A DNA stretch of 64,000 nucleotides from Patescibacteria group bacterium. Its GTDB lineage: Bacteria > Patescibacteriota > Microgenomatia > Daviesbacterales > UBA10151. Under the pieces are notes generated by a model. That model worked only from the letters and a program-made list of their open reading frames with translations, was not told the origin of the DNA and searched no databases. Positions 30,130 to 40,126 of this stretch are shown in pieces (position 1 is the stretch's first letter; each line of letters begins with the position of its first letter). The DNA lies in NCBI GenBank assembly GCA_038064895.1, contig JBBTSA010000010.1:182616-246615 (forward strand), written 5' to 3'. A program made the translations under genes and the position numbers.

Positions 30130-31582
30130 TTTTAAACTCCGATAATACTCTCTTAAAATCTCTTAATATTGATCCTCCGACTAAAAGAAAGATTAACAAA
30201 CTGTAAGATATGATACCTAAAAAAATCAGAATGAAAATGGAAACTACCGAAACGGGAATAGTTTCGCGTACAAAAAGCAAAATACCTCCCATTAAAATTG
30301 AAGCAACCAGTGGTTTTCCGGCACTCCCAAATAAACTTATACGTACAAACTTTTTGGAAATTCCCATTGCCACAACCGATGTTAGCCCAACTATTGTAAA
30401 ACCCAAAGCTGCACCGTTTACACCAAAGAAAAAGGCTAAAGGCGGCACCAAAAGCCAAGTAAGAAAAGTCCACATTATCATTAGCCTAAAAGTTATATTA
30501 ATTTTCCCGATTGCATTTAGCATATTTGTCAAAGGAGTAGTTACTGCCGCAAAGGGAACACTTATACCAAGTATGGTTATAGCAAACAGTGCCGGCTGCC
30601 ATTTCTCATATCTTGGGATAACTTGAGTAAGCATTGGTACAAGTGTTAAAAGTCCGATGAGTGTTGGAAAAACCAAAAGGCTAATAAAGAATATAGACCG
30701 TGATAAAAGATATGAAAGCTCTGCTTTTTGATCCTGTATTCTGGAAAAGGCAGGAAAGCTTACTTTGATAATTTGATCCATAAAAAAACGCAAAGGTGCT
30801 TGCGCCCATCTTTGAGCCCATCCTAAAAGGCCCATCCCCGAAGCACCAAGAATCCCCCCTAAAACAATATTAAGACCGTCATCTTTAATCAAAGCCAAAA
30901 ATGTATTAGCCTGGTAAGGAACACCGAAGGTGAAAAGTCGCCGAATAGAACTAAGGTCCATAGAAAAACCAACTTTCCATGGCTGAATCATGTACATTAA
31001 GGTTGCGCCAATCATCCCTCTTGCTAAAACTGCAATTGTAAAGGAAGTAACGCCAAATCCCTGCCATGCAAGATAGACGGCCGTTACATTAAAAATTATG
31101 CTTTCCGCAATTTGAGGAATGATAAGTTTTGCAAAATCAATTTTTCTCTCCAAAAGGATTGACGGAATAGTTTTTAAAGAGGATAAGAAAAAAGAAAATC
31201 CTAGGGCATAAAGTAACCACATAGATTCCTGTGAAAGGTTATAAAAACGTCCGATTGCAGGTGATACTAAAAAAAGCACCAGAAGAATAGATAGGACTAG
31301 TGCTTGCTGGATTGTAAATGTCGTCTTTAATTCATTTTCGGAAATTTGTCCTTTTTTCTGAATTAGTGCTGCTGCAAGTCCGATATCGGAAAAGTATGCC
31401 AAAAAATTAATCACTGCAGAAACAATCCAAAATACCCCGTATTGTGTAACACCCAAGAAAATTGTAAGTATAAAATCTCCTGCCCTGTTTGTAAGTTGCA
31501 GAAAAAAAGTTCTACCTGTTAGAGCGACAATGCTTTTGACAGTACGCTTTTTGACTACATCAAGAGTTATTTCTTCATTCAT
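30122..31582 (-). CDS. MOP-superfamily flippase (Wzx/Polysacc_synt family).
   Basis: 486 aa, ~12-14 TM helices, typical Polysacc_synt N-terminal region. Confidence 0.6.
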   Translation of the reverse strand: MNEEITLDVVKKRTVKSIVALTGRTFFLQLTNRAGDFILTIFLGVTQYGVFWIVSAVINFLAYFSDIGLAAALIQKKGQISENELKTTFTIQQALVLSILLVLFLVSPAIGRFYNLSQESMWLLYALGFSFFLSSLKTIPSILLERKIDFAKLIIPQIAESIIFNVTAVYLAWQGFGVTSFTIAVLARGMIGATLMYMIQPWKVGFSMDLSSIRRLFTFGVPYQANTFLALIKDDGLNIVLGGILGASGMGLLGWAQRWAQAPLRFFMDQIIKVSFPAFSRIQDQKAELSYLLSRSIFFISLLVFPTLIGLLTLVPMLTQVIPRYEKWQPALFAITILGISVPFAAVTTPLTNMLNAIGKINITFRLMIMWTFLTWLLVPPLAFFFGVNGAALGFTIVGLTSVVAMGISKKFVRISLFGSAGKPLVASILMGGILLFVRETIPVSVVSIFILIFLGIISYSLLIFLLVGGSILRDFKRVLSEFKNE

Positions 31583-31585
31583 GAT

Positions 31586-33292
31586 TTAACTTATGGCCTT
31601 AATATAATAAGACGCCCATTTACGCACTTGCTTAAATTGAATGAGCAGCAAACTTACAAATAAGAATAAACCCAGGAGTGTTAACCAGTTGGCGATTACT
31701 CTAATTTGTGTGTCGAAAAGCCTGGCCTCTACTTCATGCTGACCTTTACCCAATATTATGGTCATAAGTCCCAAGCTGTTGTTTTTGTATTCTACACTTA
31801 CTTCCTTTCCGTCAACAAACACTTTCCAGTTGGGAAAAAAGTATTGCGATAAACGGATGATTGTATGAGATAAAACATCAGCTTTAAACTTAATCCGGTT
31901 GGTCCCCTCCTGGAAATCTCTTATTTCTGCATCACCCGTTAGGATTTGAAAACGTGCCTTTGCAAGTTCTGCAGGGGGCTCTTTGGCATATATTGGAAGA
32001 TAATCAAAAATTGATCTTTTTATTTGCTTATCCCAGTTTTCACCGCTTAAAAGCTCCTGATTTGTTATATTGATAAATTCTTCCGGCCGAAAATAGGAAA
32101 AGTTAAGAGTAACCGTTAAAAAAATTATTATTATCCAAAGTTTAGTAAGCCAACTTTTTCCTCTTAATGCCAAGCAAGAAGCACCTGTTACAAACGAGAT
32201 AAGAAATATTATTATTAAAAGAAATCTCCATGGAAATTGTAAATATTTTAGCGGATCCACCATATTCCATATAAATTCGGAGCGAGGATGGACCATAAAA
32301 ATTGCAAAAAGAGCGGCAGAAGATAAAACAAGGATTACTCTGGCTACCCAAGGATTCTTTTTCCAAAAAAACTTGATGCAGAAAAGTGTAAGAACCCATC
32401 CTAAAAGATGTATCCATCCGATTTGAAAAGATATCTTCTCCTGCTCTGCTCCCGGAACCTCTCTTATAGATGATCCATAACCCCAATCCCTTTTTATAAA
32501 TAACTCTTTTATGCCTTTAAAGTGCTCCGTGTAACCAAAATATCCGTACGTTGTAGTATCGATATGTACCAAGTTTTTTTCAAATACCATAGGGAGTGTA
32601 TAAAATGCTGAAATAGTAACTCCAAGCAGTAATGATAAAAAACTAAAATACAAAAATCTCATCCCTTTATCCTTGAAAAATAAAATGAGTATCCAAAGAA
32701 ACATAATTGGTAAAAATATCATGGTAGAAAGATTGTGAGAAAGAATCAGGCCACTTGTGCAAATGGTAACCAAAAGCATATTTGAAATACTCGTTTGTTC
32801 CTTAAGTTTTACAAAAGCCCAAAATATTGCCGGAAAAAACATTAATGCCCACATCTCTCCCATTGCTCCTCTCACATAAAAATCCAGGGCGTGATATGGG
32901 GCGAAACTATAAAATATTGCGGATAAAGCTCCGCCTTGCCTTCCCCAAAATTTCCGTGCTAAAAGATACATAAATACATATGATCCTAGAAAAGATACGG
33001 CAAATATCACCTTGCTGGAAAAAATCAAGTTTTTGGATATTACATAAATAACCTCTCCAAAATAATACGGTAAGGGAGCATAATAGTTAAAAATCGGATA
33101 GCCATATAACCCCCCTAAATCAGGAACCCATCTGCAAGGAATCTGTCCGTCTTTAATACATTTATCCATCTCAAAAAGCCGAATCGGAGAAACATCATCA
33201 TGATGTTTAAAATAAGGTGCTGCAAAAAGGGGCCAAAGTAATCCGGCACTTAAAATTAAACCTATTAGAAAAAATTTATTTTTCAAAATCAT
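31586..33292 (-). CDS. Polytopic membrane protein, 'CRWVPD' family paralog 1. Putative GT-C/YfhO-like glycosyltransferase, possibly the PTPS-related membrane family (tentative).
   Basis: 'HHDDVSPIRLFEMDKCIKDGQIPCRWVPDLGGLYGYPIFNYYAPLPYY'. ~11 TM helices plus a C-terminal ~180-aa soluble domain and a final TM. Confidence 0.45.
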   Translation of the reverse strand: MILKNKFFLIGLILSAGLLWPLFAAPYFKHHDDVSPIRLFEMDKCIKDGQIPCRWVPDLGGLYGYPIFNYYAPLPYYFGEVIYVISKNLIFSSKVIFAVSFLGSYVFMYLLARKFWGRQGGALSAIFYSFAPYHALDFYVRGAMGEMWALMFFPAIFWAFVKLKEQTSISNMLLVTICTSGLILSHNLSTMIFLPIMFLWILILFFKDKGMRFLYFSFLSLLLGVTISAFYTLPMVFEKNLVHIDTTTYGYFGYTEHFKGIKELFIKRDWGYGSSIREVPGAEQEKISFQIGWIHLLGWVLTLFCIKFFWKKNPWVARVILVLSSAALFAIFMVHPRSEFIWNMVDPLKYLQFPWRFLLIIIFLISFVTGASCLALRGKSWLTKLWIIIIFLTVTLNFSYFRPEEFINITNQELLSGENWDKQIKRSIFDYLPIYAKEPPAELAKARFQILTGDAEIRDFQEGTNRIKFKADVLSHTIIRLSQYFFPNWKVFVDGKEVSVEYKNNSLGLMTIILGKGQHEVEARLFDTQIRVIANWLTLLGLFLFVSLLLIQFKQVRKWASYYIKAIS

Positions 33293-33294
33293 GT

Positions 33295-34959
33295 TTAAAT
33301 CTTCCTAAAATACTTTAAACTTAAGCATAATGATACTAAAAATCCAAGTAATGAGGCAAAATCCAATGCAAGCTTATAGGGAGTTTCTGCAAAAAATACT
33401 TCCAGTTTATGTACTCCTTTAGGAACTAGAACGCTAATCTGGCCAAAAGGAGAGCCCGCTAATATATTTATATTCTTCCCATCCAGCTTAGCAAGCCAAC
33501 CCGGAAAATAATATTTATTAAAGTTTATTAAAGTTTCTTCATTTACATATACGCTTACAATAAAATGTAAATCATTGATTTTAATAACCGGGGCAATCGG
33601 ATTGCGCAGTGAAAAGATTATTGGATAAATCATATCAGGCCTTTGTTTGGAAGTTTTTGGCAGCCTTAAGTACTCTTCCTGATGCTGTAAATATTCCATA
33701 CTTACCTTTGGGTAGGGAATATATTTATTTAAATAATAGTCATCTAATCTTCCTAGAAAATGTTCAGGCTTAAAATATGACATTGTAGGATAAACTACAA
33801 AAGCCAAAAGAATAATTAAAATTATTTTTTCAAATTTCGACTTATCAAAAATAATAACAAGCAGGGGAATAAAAAAAGTTGTAAGAATTAAAAAACGCCA
33901 CGGAAATTGAAAGTATGGCATAAGCGGTAAACTATTCCATACAAAAGTTGATCTATGGTTTGTGAAAAAGATTGCAAGAAAAATCCCCGAACAAACCCAA
34001 ATAAATAATACCTTTTTGTCTTTGCTGATTCCTTTCCATTTCAAAAATAATAAGCCGGAGGCAAAAATTAGCACCAAAAGACTGGAATAGCCCAGAAAGA
34101 AAGACATTCCGTCTCCCTCGCCGGGAACCGATGCCCCGTAACCCCAATATGGGGTAAGAAGCTGTCGAATTGCAGGAAAATGATCATAAAACTTAAAGAT
34201 TGTGTCATATTTTACCAAGTTACTTTCTGTTATGGCCGGTAACCAAAAAAACGCGCTCATAAGTAGTGATAAAAAAATCATTAAAACCGATTTCCTAAAA
34301 AACACGCCTTTGTAGGATTCTTTCAAAAATTGTAAAAGAAGATAAAGTAAGACAAAAGGAATAAACATATATGCCGTAATATTGTGCGACAACACTAGGG
34401 AAGCAAGGGCTAGGGCTCCAATTCCTACCCACTTAAAATTTCTCTGCTGATTTAGCTTTGTTATTGATAAAATAACCAAAGGTAAAAATATAAAGCTTAA
34501 AACCTCCCCTATTGCTCCTCTTACATATAGGTCCACAGCCCTATAGGGTGTATAAATATATAAAAGTGCGCCTAAGAAAGATAAATTTGCCTTTACGAAT
34601 TCCCTAAGCAGAAGGTACATAAATATTCCGGACAGCGGTATAGTTATAAAAAATAATGCTTTGATACTATCAACAAATGAAAAACCGAAAAAAAGATGGA
34701 AAATTTCCGCAATATAAAATGGCAGTGGAAAAACAAAATTAAAAAGAGGATACCCGAAACCAAAACTCAAATCAGGAACAAACCGCGCAGGAATTTGTCC
34801 CAACTTTAACACTTTATCCATCTGGTTAAGCCAGGCGATATGCACTTCGTCCGAGGCCCCGTAAAAACCCGGCACAAAAAGCGCCCAAACAGCCGGTATG
34901 GAAAATACTAAAATTAAAAAGACCCAATATTTATTTAAAATTTTTTCTAATTTTTCCAT
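33295..34959 (-). CDS. 'CRWVPD' family paralog 2.
   Basis: 'SDEVHIAWLNQMDKVLKLGQIPARFVPDLSFGFGYPLFNFVFPLPFY'. Confidence 0.45.
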   Translation of the reverse strand: MEKLEKILNKYWVFLILVFSIPAVWALFVPGFYGASDEVHIAWLNQMDKVLKLGQIPARFVPDLSFGFGYPLFNFVFPLPFYIAEIFHLFFGFSFVDSIKALFFITIPLSGIFMYLLLREFVKANLSFLGALLYIYTPYRAVDLYVRGAIGEVLSFIFLPLVILSITKLNQQRNFKWVGIGALALASLVLSHNITAYMFIPFVLLYLLLQFLKESYKGVFFRKSVLMIFLSLLMSAFFWLPAITESNLVKYDTIFKFYDHFPAIRQLLTPYWGYGASVPGEGDGMSFFLGYSSLLVLIFASGLLFLKWKGISKDKKVLFIWVCSGIFLAIFFTNHRSTFVWNSLPLMPYFQFPWRFLILTTFFIPLLVIIFDKSKFEKIILIILLAFVVYPTMSYFKPEHFLGRLDDYYLNKYIPYPKVSMEYLQHQEEYLRLPKTSKQRPDMIYPIIFSLRNPIAPVIKINDLHFIVSVYVNEETLINFNKYYFPGWLAKLDGKNINILAGSPFGQISVLVPKGVHKLEVFFAETPYKLALDFASLLGFLVSLCLSLKYFRKI

Positions 34960-36595
34960 AAAAAATTAAATAACAAACCAAAAGAATAGAAACAAAAGAG
35001 ATAATATTGCCGGCTCTTCTTATGGGTGTATCATAAAATTTACCTAAAATTTTATGGTTGCCACCCTCAAGCATAATACTTACTCTACCTAAGTAATTAT
35101 CGGATCTTTGGTCAATCTCTTTCCCTTCCTCTGTTACTTTCCAGTTTGGAAAATCATATACGGGAAATTCGATCAAAGCAGGAGATTTAACACTTATTTT
35201 TGCCTCAAAATTATTGGAGGTTTTTTTAAAATAATAAATTTCCGCATCACCTGTTACAACAAGTGGTTTATCCCCTGTTTTCTCATTCGGCTCTATTGCT
35301 CCTTTTGGCAAATAATCCATGATTGATGCCTTCTGCTGTATCTCCCAAAGCTCCCCTGAAAGTTTTTCCCTATCGGTAAGGTAAGGATAAAATTTCTCGG
35401 GTTTAAAATAACCCCAGTTTAACAAAACCGTTGCTAAAACCAAAGCAAAAAAAGTTACCCTGACAAAGGAGGGTTTAAAAGTGTTAAAGAGAAATCCTGC
35501 CAAAAGGGAGGATGTAAAAATACTTAAAGATAGAAATCGCCAGGGAAATTGAACAAATCTTAACATCCCGATTGACTCCCAAATAAATGCCGATTTGTTA
35601 TGTGTCATAAAAAGCGAGAATGCAAAAAATACTAAAAGAGCAAAATATATAAAGAATATTCTCCTATTTTTTTTAAATAGCAAAGTAATAATGGATAGAG
35701 CTGCCAATATCCAGTGAGGCCAACCTACCTGGAAGGATATACTATCTAAAGGTCCCGGGAAAGATGCACCATATCCCCAGGATCTTTCAAAAAGTAATTG
35801 ACGAATCGTTACAAAATGTGCCCTAAAATCCAAGTCAAGCCTTACAAGATTCTCTATCTGCACCAGATCCTTTTCAAAAAAAGCAGGTATTATAAAAAAT
35901 GCCGATAGACCAACTCCTAAGCCTAACGAAAATATCAAAGACTTAATATAAACTACTTTTTTTCCCCAAAAAATTATTATAAACAAAACTAAAATTAGTG
36001 GTGCAAAAATAAGTGTCATGATGGTATGCGAAGTTAAGAATGCGGCAAATGAGAGGGCAAGACCTAATATAAATTTCAAAGAATTTTCCTTTAATATTTT
36101 AAGAGCAAAATAGATTACAAGGGGTATGACTACTATTGCAAAGCTTTCGGAAACAGCTCCCCGTACATAAATATCAAGAGCTCTATATGGAGCGAATATA
36201 TACAAAATAGATGCCAAAAGAGCAGGATACAAGGACATAAATTCTTTTGCTAAAAGAAACATTGAGAAGCCTGCAAAATATGCGGCTGCGAAAAATAAAA
36301 ATTTTGCACTCCCTACAAAGCCTAAAATATAGCTTGCCAAAGCGCCGATATAATACGGGAAAACATTATAATAGTTAAAAAGAGGGTAACCGTTTCCATA
36401 TCCCATGTCCGGAACCCACCTGCAAGGAATTTGCAAATCCGAAAAACACTTTCTCATCTCAAAAATCCTCATTACCTGCAAATCGTCATGATGTGAAAAA
36501 TAGCCGGATAAAAAAGTAGGCCAACTGACAAAGATAGATAGAACCGCGATGAAAATATAAAACCAATATTTTTTAAAAAAATTTTTTAAATCCAT
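34931..36595 (-). CDS. 'CRWVPD' family paralog 3.
   Basis: 'HHDDLQVMRIFEMRKCFSDLQIPCRWVPDMGYGNGYPLFNYYNVFPYY'. Confidence 0.45.
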   Translation of the reverse strand: MDLKNFFKKYWFYIFIAVLSIFVSWPTFLSGYFSHHDDLQVMRIFEMRKCFSDLQIPCRWVPDMGYGNGYPLFNYYNVFPYYIGALASYILGFVGSAKFLFFAAAYFAGFSMFLLAKEFMSLYPALLASILYIFAPYRALDIYVRGAVSESFAIVVIPLVIYFALKILKENSLKFILGLALSFAAFLTSHTIMTLIFAPLILVLFIIIFWGKKVVYIKSLIFSLGLGVGLSAFFIIPAFFEKDLVQIENLVRLDLDFRAHFVTIRQLLFERSWGYGASFPGPLDSISFQVGWPHWILAALSIITLLFKKNRRIFFIYFALLVFFAFSLFMTHNKSAFIWESIGMLRFVQFPWRFLSLSIFTSSLLAGFLFNTFKPSFVRVTFFALVLATVLLNWGYFKPEKFYPYLTDREKLSGELWEIQQKASIMDYLPKGAIEPNEKTGDKPLVVTGDAEIYYFKKTSNNFEAKISVKSPALIEFPVYDFPNWKVTEEGKEIDQRSDNYLGRVSIMLEGGNHKILGKFYDTPIRRAGNIISFVSILLVCYLIFYGKIRKNFK

Positions 36596-38249
36596 ATTTT
36601 ATGCTTAAAAAAGCAGTTAAGAAAAGGCTTACCAAGCTTATTATATTACCCAAAGATCTGACAGGAGTATCTTTAAGTTGTACTTCTATCTTGTGTTTTC
36701 CTTCCTCTATATTAAATGTTATCAATCCCAAACAATATTCTTCTCTCCTACAATCATTGTTTATGTGATGGATCAGCATCCCGTCCACCAAAACCTGCAT
36801 TCCGGGAAAATCAAAAAGCGGAAGCCGCAAAGTTGCCGCCTCTTTTACTAAAGCTTCTCCTTTTTGAAAATTGCTCCCTTTTTGATAACTTAAAAACTCT
36901 ACTTCCCCATCCAAAACATCAGGCAAAAGAGGTGCTTTTTCATTTGGAGGAAGTTTTGCAAAAATAGGTAAATAATCAAAAATGCTAATAGTTAGCTGCT
37001 TCTCCCAAGACTCACCGGAAAATTTATCCTTATCTGAAATATTTAACCATTCTTTTGGTTTAAAAAATGCCCCGTGTAATAAAATCAAAGAAAGAACTAC
37101 TACTAAAGTAAAAATAACTGCATAATTTTTGTTTAACTTTGAAATTAAAAAGGCCGAAATTGCGCCAAAGATAGAGAGTAAAAAAGCAGAGGGCACTAAA
37201 AACCTCCAGGGGAATTGTAACCACGCAAGAGTAGATATTTTTTCCCAAAAAAAGTAGGAGCGCTGATGCATTAAAAATAAATATATGGACTCTAAAGCAA
37301 AGAGCACCCACAAGGTTATGGAAAGTTTTTTGTATTTTTTGTAAAAGGTGAAGGATAAGAAAAGTGCCAATAAAGCAACTATCCAATGGACAATTCCCGC
37401 TGATAAAGAAACTTCATCAAAAAGACCAAAAACAGAAGATCCATAATCAAAATAATTTGAAAAAAGAAGTTGTTTAATGCTTACAAAGTGTTGCCTATAG
37501 TCAAAATACCCTCCAAGCAGTGTCTCAAGGTGTACATACTTCTTTTCAAAAATAAACGGCAAGATATAAAAAGCGGATAACCCTATCCCTAAAAGTACTC
37601 CGGAAATTATTTTGTAAAACATCTTCCATTTTTTTTCCAAACTTATTATTGTTAAAATCCAGACTAAAAGTATAGGGAGAAAAATAAGGGTTGTTAAATT
37701 GTGGGTTGTAATTAAAAGCGCTAATGAGACGGCAAGCCAAAGAAGATACTTTGTTTTCCCTATCCTTATAAGTTTTAGGGATGACCATAAAAGAAGCGGT
37801 AAAAATATGAAAGCTAAAAATTCACTCAAAGAACCTCTGACATATACCTGAACTGCTTTTACAGGAACTATTGTATAAAGAATTGATCCTAAACAAGCGG
37901 CATAGTCGTTTAAAAAAGATTTTAAAAAAATAAACATAGTCAGCGCGGAAAGTATAAAACCTAAAATAAAAAGAAGTTTTACCGAATCTATAATCTGTAT
38001 ACCAATCAGACTAAATATACCCCCTATATAATAAGGTAGAGGGGGATAATAGTTAAACTGTGGATAACCGTATTGATACCCCATGTCCGGAACCCACCTG
38101 CAAGGAATTTGAAAATCTTTTAAACAGGCAACCATCTGGTGAATCCTGAAAGCCTGAAGATCATCCTGCATTGGAAAAAAACCCGGCCTTAAAAGCTGGT
38201 AAAAAGTTAATAAATTAACCAAAATTGTTAAAATCAGCCAAAACCTCAT
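36573..38249 (-). CDS. 'CRWVPD' family paralog 4.
   Basis: 'MQDDLQAFRIHQMVACLKDFQIPCRWVPDMGYQYGYPQFNYYPPLPYY'. Confidence 0.45.
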   Translation of the reverse strand: MRFWLILTILVNLLTFYQLLRPGFFPMQDDLQAFRIHQMVACLKDFQIPCRWVPDMGYQYGYPQFNYYPPLPYYIGGIFSLIGIQIIDSVKLLFILGFILSALTMFIFLKSFLNDYAACLGSILYTIVPVKAVQVYVRGSLSEFLAFIFLPLLLWSSLKLIRIGKTKYLLWLAVSLALLITTHNLTTLIFLPILLVWILTIISLEKKWKMFYKIISGVLLGIGLSAFYILPFIFEKKYVHLETLLGGYFDYRQHFVSIKQLLFSNYFDYGSSVFGLFDEVSLSAGIVHWIVALLALFLSFTFYKKYKKLSITLWVLFALESIYLFLMHQRSYFFWEKISTLAWLQFPWRFLVPSAFLLSIFGAISAFLISKLNKNYAVIFTLVVVLSLILLHGAFFKPKEWLNISDKDKFSGESWEKQLTISIFDYLPIFAKLPPNEKAPLLPDVLDGEVEFLSYQKGSNFQKGEALVKEAATLRLPLFDFPGMQVLVDGMLIHHINNDCRREEYCLGLITFNIEEGKHKIEVQLKDTPVRSLGNIISLVSLFLTAFLSIKYGFKKFF

Positions 38250-38255
38250 AATAAA

Positions 38256-39734
38256 TTAAGGCAAAACTTGATATAAAACCGTAGCATCCCCTTTACCATA
38301 TAAAGGTTTAGCTTTGGGGTATTCTTTTATAAGTTTGACTGCTGAAAGACTACCTTCAAGGCTGTTTTTATTGCCCGCAAAGAAAGTTAAATTCTTGGAT
38401 GATGCTTCCCTTAATTGAGCTGAAATTGTGGCATGGGAGCCTATAACGGAAATCTCTTCTTTATCAAGATAAATATATAAACCATCAGGCAAGGTTCCAA
38501 AAAATCCTTCTGTACCAACAATCACTTTCCCCTCTTTTTTTCTTTCCACTAAGTAGGCTGCAATCTCTTTTAAGCCATATCCTGCTGTCCACATTTCAAA
38601 ATATCCTTTTCTTTCCTCTTGGGGTAAGGACTTTGGCGGAGGATTTGTCAAAAGCTCATAATCAAACCAGAGAGGAAGAGGTAGTAAAAGGATTAAAAGT
38701 AAGAAGGGTGAGATTTTTTTGGAAATTCTTTCTACTGCATATGCACCCAATATAAGAAGAAGGGGTATTGAAGGAAGTAAATACCTGGCTGTAAAAGTTC
38801 TAAGGAAAGCCATTTCTATAAGCAGTGGTATTGCTGCCCAAGCTAAAACCAACCACCCTAATCGATTTTTTGTCTTTACCAAAAACCACAAACCAACTAA
38901 CCAAGAAACAAGTATTGGCCAAGTAAATAATTTCGGGAACCAATCAACCATATCTCTAAAGTGTGGTATAAAAGGATCAAGAGGTCTACCTGCAAGTTCT
39001 AAAGGGGAAAAAAGATAATCTGCATTTCTTGAAGAAAGTAAATGAAAATTGGGTCCAAGCCTCAAAGCATTGTACAAAAAAACGGCAATAATTATTGCAA
39101 CTGCCCAAAATAAAAATAATTTCAAAAGAGCATATTTATCCCCTTTGATTCTTTTAAAAGCAAGTATTGATGCCGGCAAAAGTAATAGATTTAAAACAGC
39201 AGGAGTTTTAGTAAGCCAAGCTCCCCCAAGTATGAATCCTAAAATCATTGCCAGATCCAACCTGACCTTTTGAGCAAGCCATATAGCAAGAAATAAGGTC
39301 CAAACAGTAAATGCTGAAAGCATGGAATCAACAAGAGCCATTCTGTCAAAAAAAACAGTGTAAGGAACTAGGGAGTAAAGTAAAGCTGCCCAAAGGCCAA
39401 CACGTAAACTAAAGACTTTCCAACCTAAGGCAAATACACTAATCACTGTTGCAAATCCGCTAACCACAGACAAAAATCTTCCTGCAAATAAAGGATCTTC
39501 AAAAACTTTAAATAAAGGTATCATGCTCCACATAAACAGAGGTGTTTTACCATCTGAAAGTGGTAAAAATCTTAAAGTTGGCTCACTTCTCATAACTTGA
39601 GCCCATCTAATATAAATTCCCTCATCTGCAAAGATAGGCTGCAAAGTTAAGTTTGGAAGCCTTAAAAGAAAATAAACAGAAACTATAATAAGGAGGATTC
39701 CTATCTCTAGTCTGTGTTTTGTAATCAAGTTCAC
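38256..39734 (-). CDS. ArnT/PMT (COG1807)-like GT-C glycosyltransferase, a subfamily distinct from the 4915-16272 array.
   Basis: 'FADEGIYIRWAQVM' first-loop DE motif, ~12 TM helices, C-terminal soluble domain. GTG start. Confidence 0.6.
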   Translation of the reverse strand: MNLITKHRLEIGILLIIVSVYFLLRLPNLTLQPIFADEGIYIRWAQVMRSEPTLRFLPLSDGKTPLFMWSMIPLFKVFEDPLFAGRFLSVVSGFATVISVFALGWKVFSLRVGLWAALLYSLVPYTVFFDRMALVDSMLSAFTVWTLFLAIWLAQKVRLDLAMILGFILGGAWLTKTPAVLNLLLLPASILAFKRIKGDKYALLKLFLFWAVAIIIAVFLYNALRLGPNFHLLSSRNADYLFSPLELAGRPLDPFIPHFRDMVDWFPKLFTWPILVSWLVGLWFLVKTKNRLGWLVLAWAAIPLLIEMAFLRTFTARYLLPSIPLLLILGAYAVERISKKISPFLLLILLLPLPLWFDYELLTNPPPKSLPQEERKGYFEMWTAGYGLKEIAAYLVERKKEGKVIVGTEGFFGTLPDGLYIYLDKEEISVIGSHATISAQLREASSKNLTFFAGNKNSLEGSLSAVKLIKEYPKAKPLYGKGDATVLYQVLP

Positions 39735-39741
39735 CCTACTA

Positions 39742-40126
39742 TTGTACGTCCGTAAGCAACTAGAGGCAAGCTCTTTGGTGTATTATTTTATTATGGATAA
39801 AGAAATTGCTACATTTGGTACTGGCTGTGGTTGGCCATCCTTTGATGAGGAGCATCCTGATTCTTTAAAAAGACTTCCAGATCTCGAAGACCCTGAGCAA
39901 AGTCGTACTTCGATTCCACTCAGTACGACCCTGAGTGTTGATCGAATGGGTCGAAGGGCTGACTGGGGAAAGAGTGGAAATCCAATGTGCAAATTGTGGA
40001 GCACACCTTGGTCATGAATTTAAAGGGGAACATTTAACTTCAAAAAATACCAGACATTGCGTAAACTCCCTATCCATAAAATTTATCCCAAAAGATGAAA
40101 AACTACCTTCCATACTTGCCTCTTAA
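39742..40126 (+). pseudogene. msrB: msrB (peptide-methionine (R)-S-oxide reductase) remnant, N-terminally truncated and frame-disrupted.
   Basis: Frame 1 carries '...FGTGCGWPSFDEE'. A different frame from 39935 carries '[33 protein letters not shown]...[11 protein letters not shown]', the MsrB 'GCGWPSF...R.EV.C..C.AHLGHVF...RYC(I/V)NS' signature. Only ~15 codons precede GCGWPSF, where ~50 are expected. Confidence 0.6.
39853..39934. repeat. ~82-nt palindrome-containing insertion inside the msrB remnant.
   Basis: Deleting 39853-39934 joins '...GCGWPSFDEE' to '[18 protein letters not shown]' in frame, with spacing colinear to B. subtilis MsrB (19 residues between F and R-x-EV). The insert has the 8-bp inverted repeat agtcgtac/gtacgact and the direct repeat 'gaccctga' at 39888 and 39927. 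Confidence 0.35.

Noticed and set aside
33501-33530. Short tandem duplication 'tattaaagttt' x2 inside the CDS 33295-34959.
   Set aside because: Only two copies of an 11-mer in AT-rich coding sequence, with the reading frame unaffected. This is probably chance or trivial slippage.
39676-39741. Possible upstream in-frame extension that would restore the msrB N-terminus.
   Set aside because: Translation upstream of 39742 ('TETIIRRIPISSLCFVIKFTLLL') shows no MsrB-like CxxC or KFxSG features, and the region overlaps the start of the opposite-strand GT gene.
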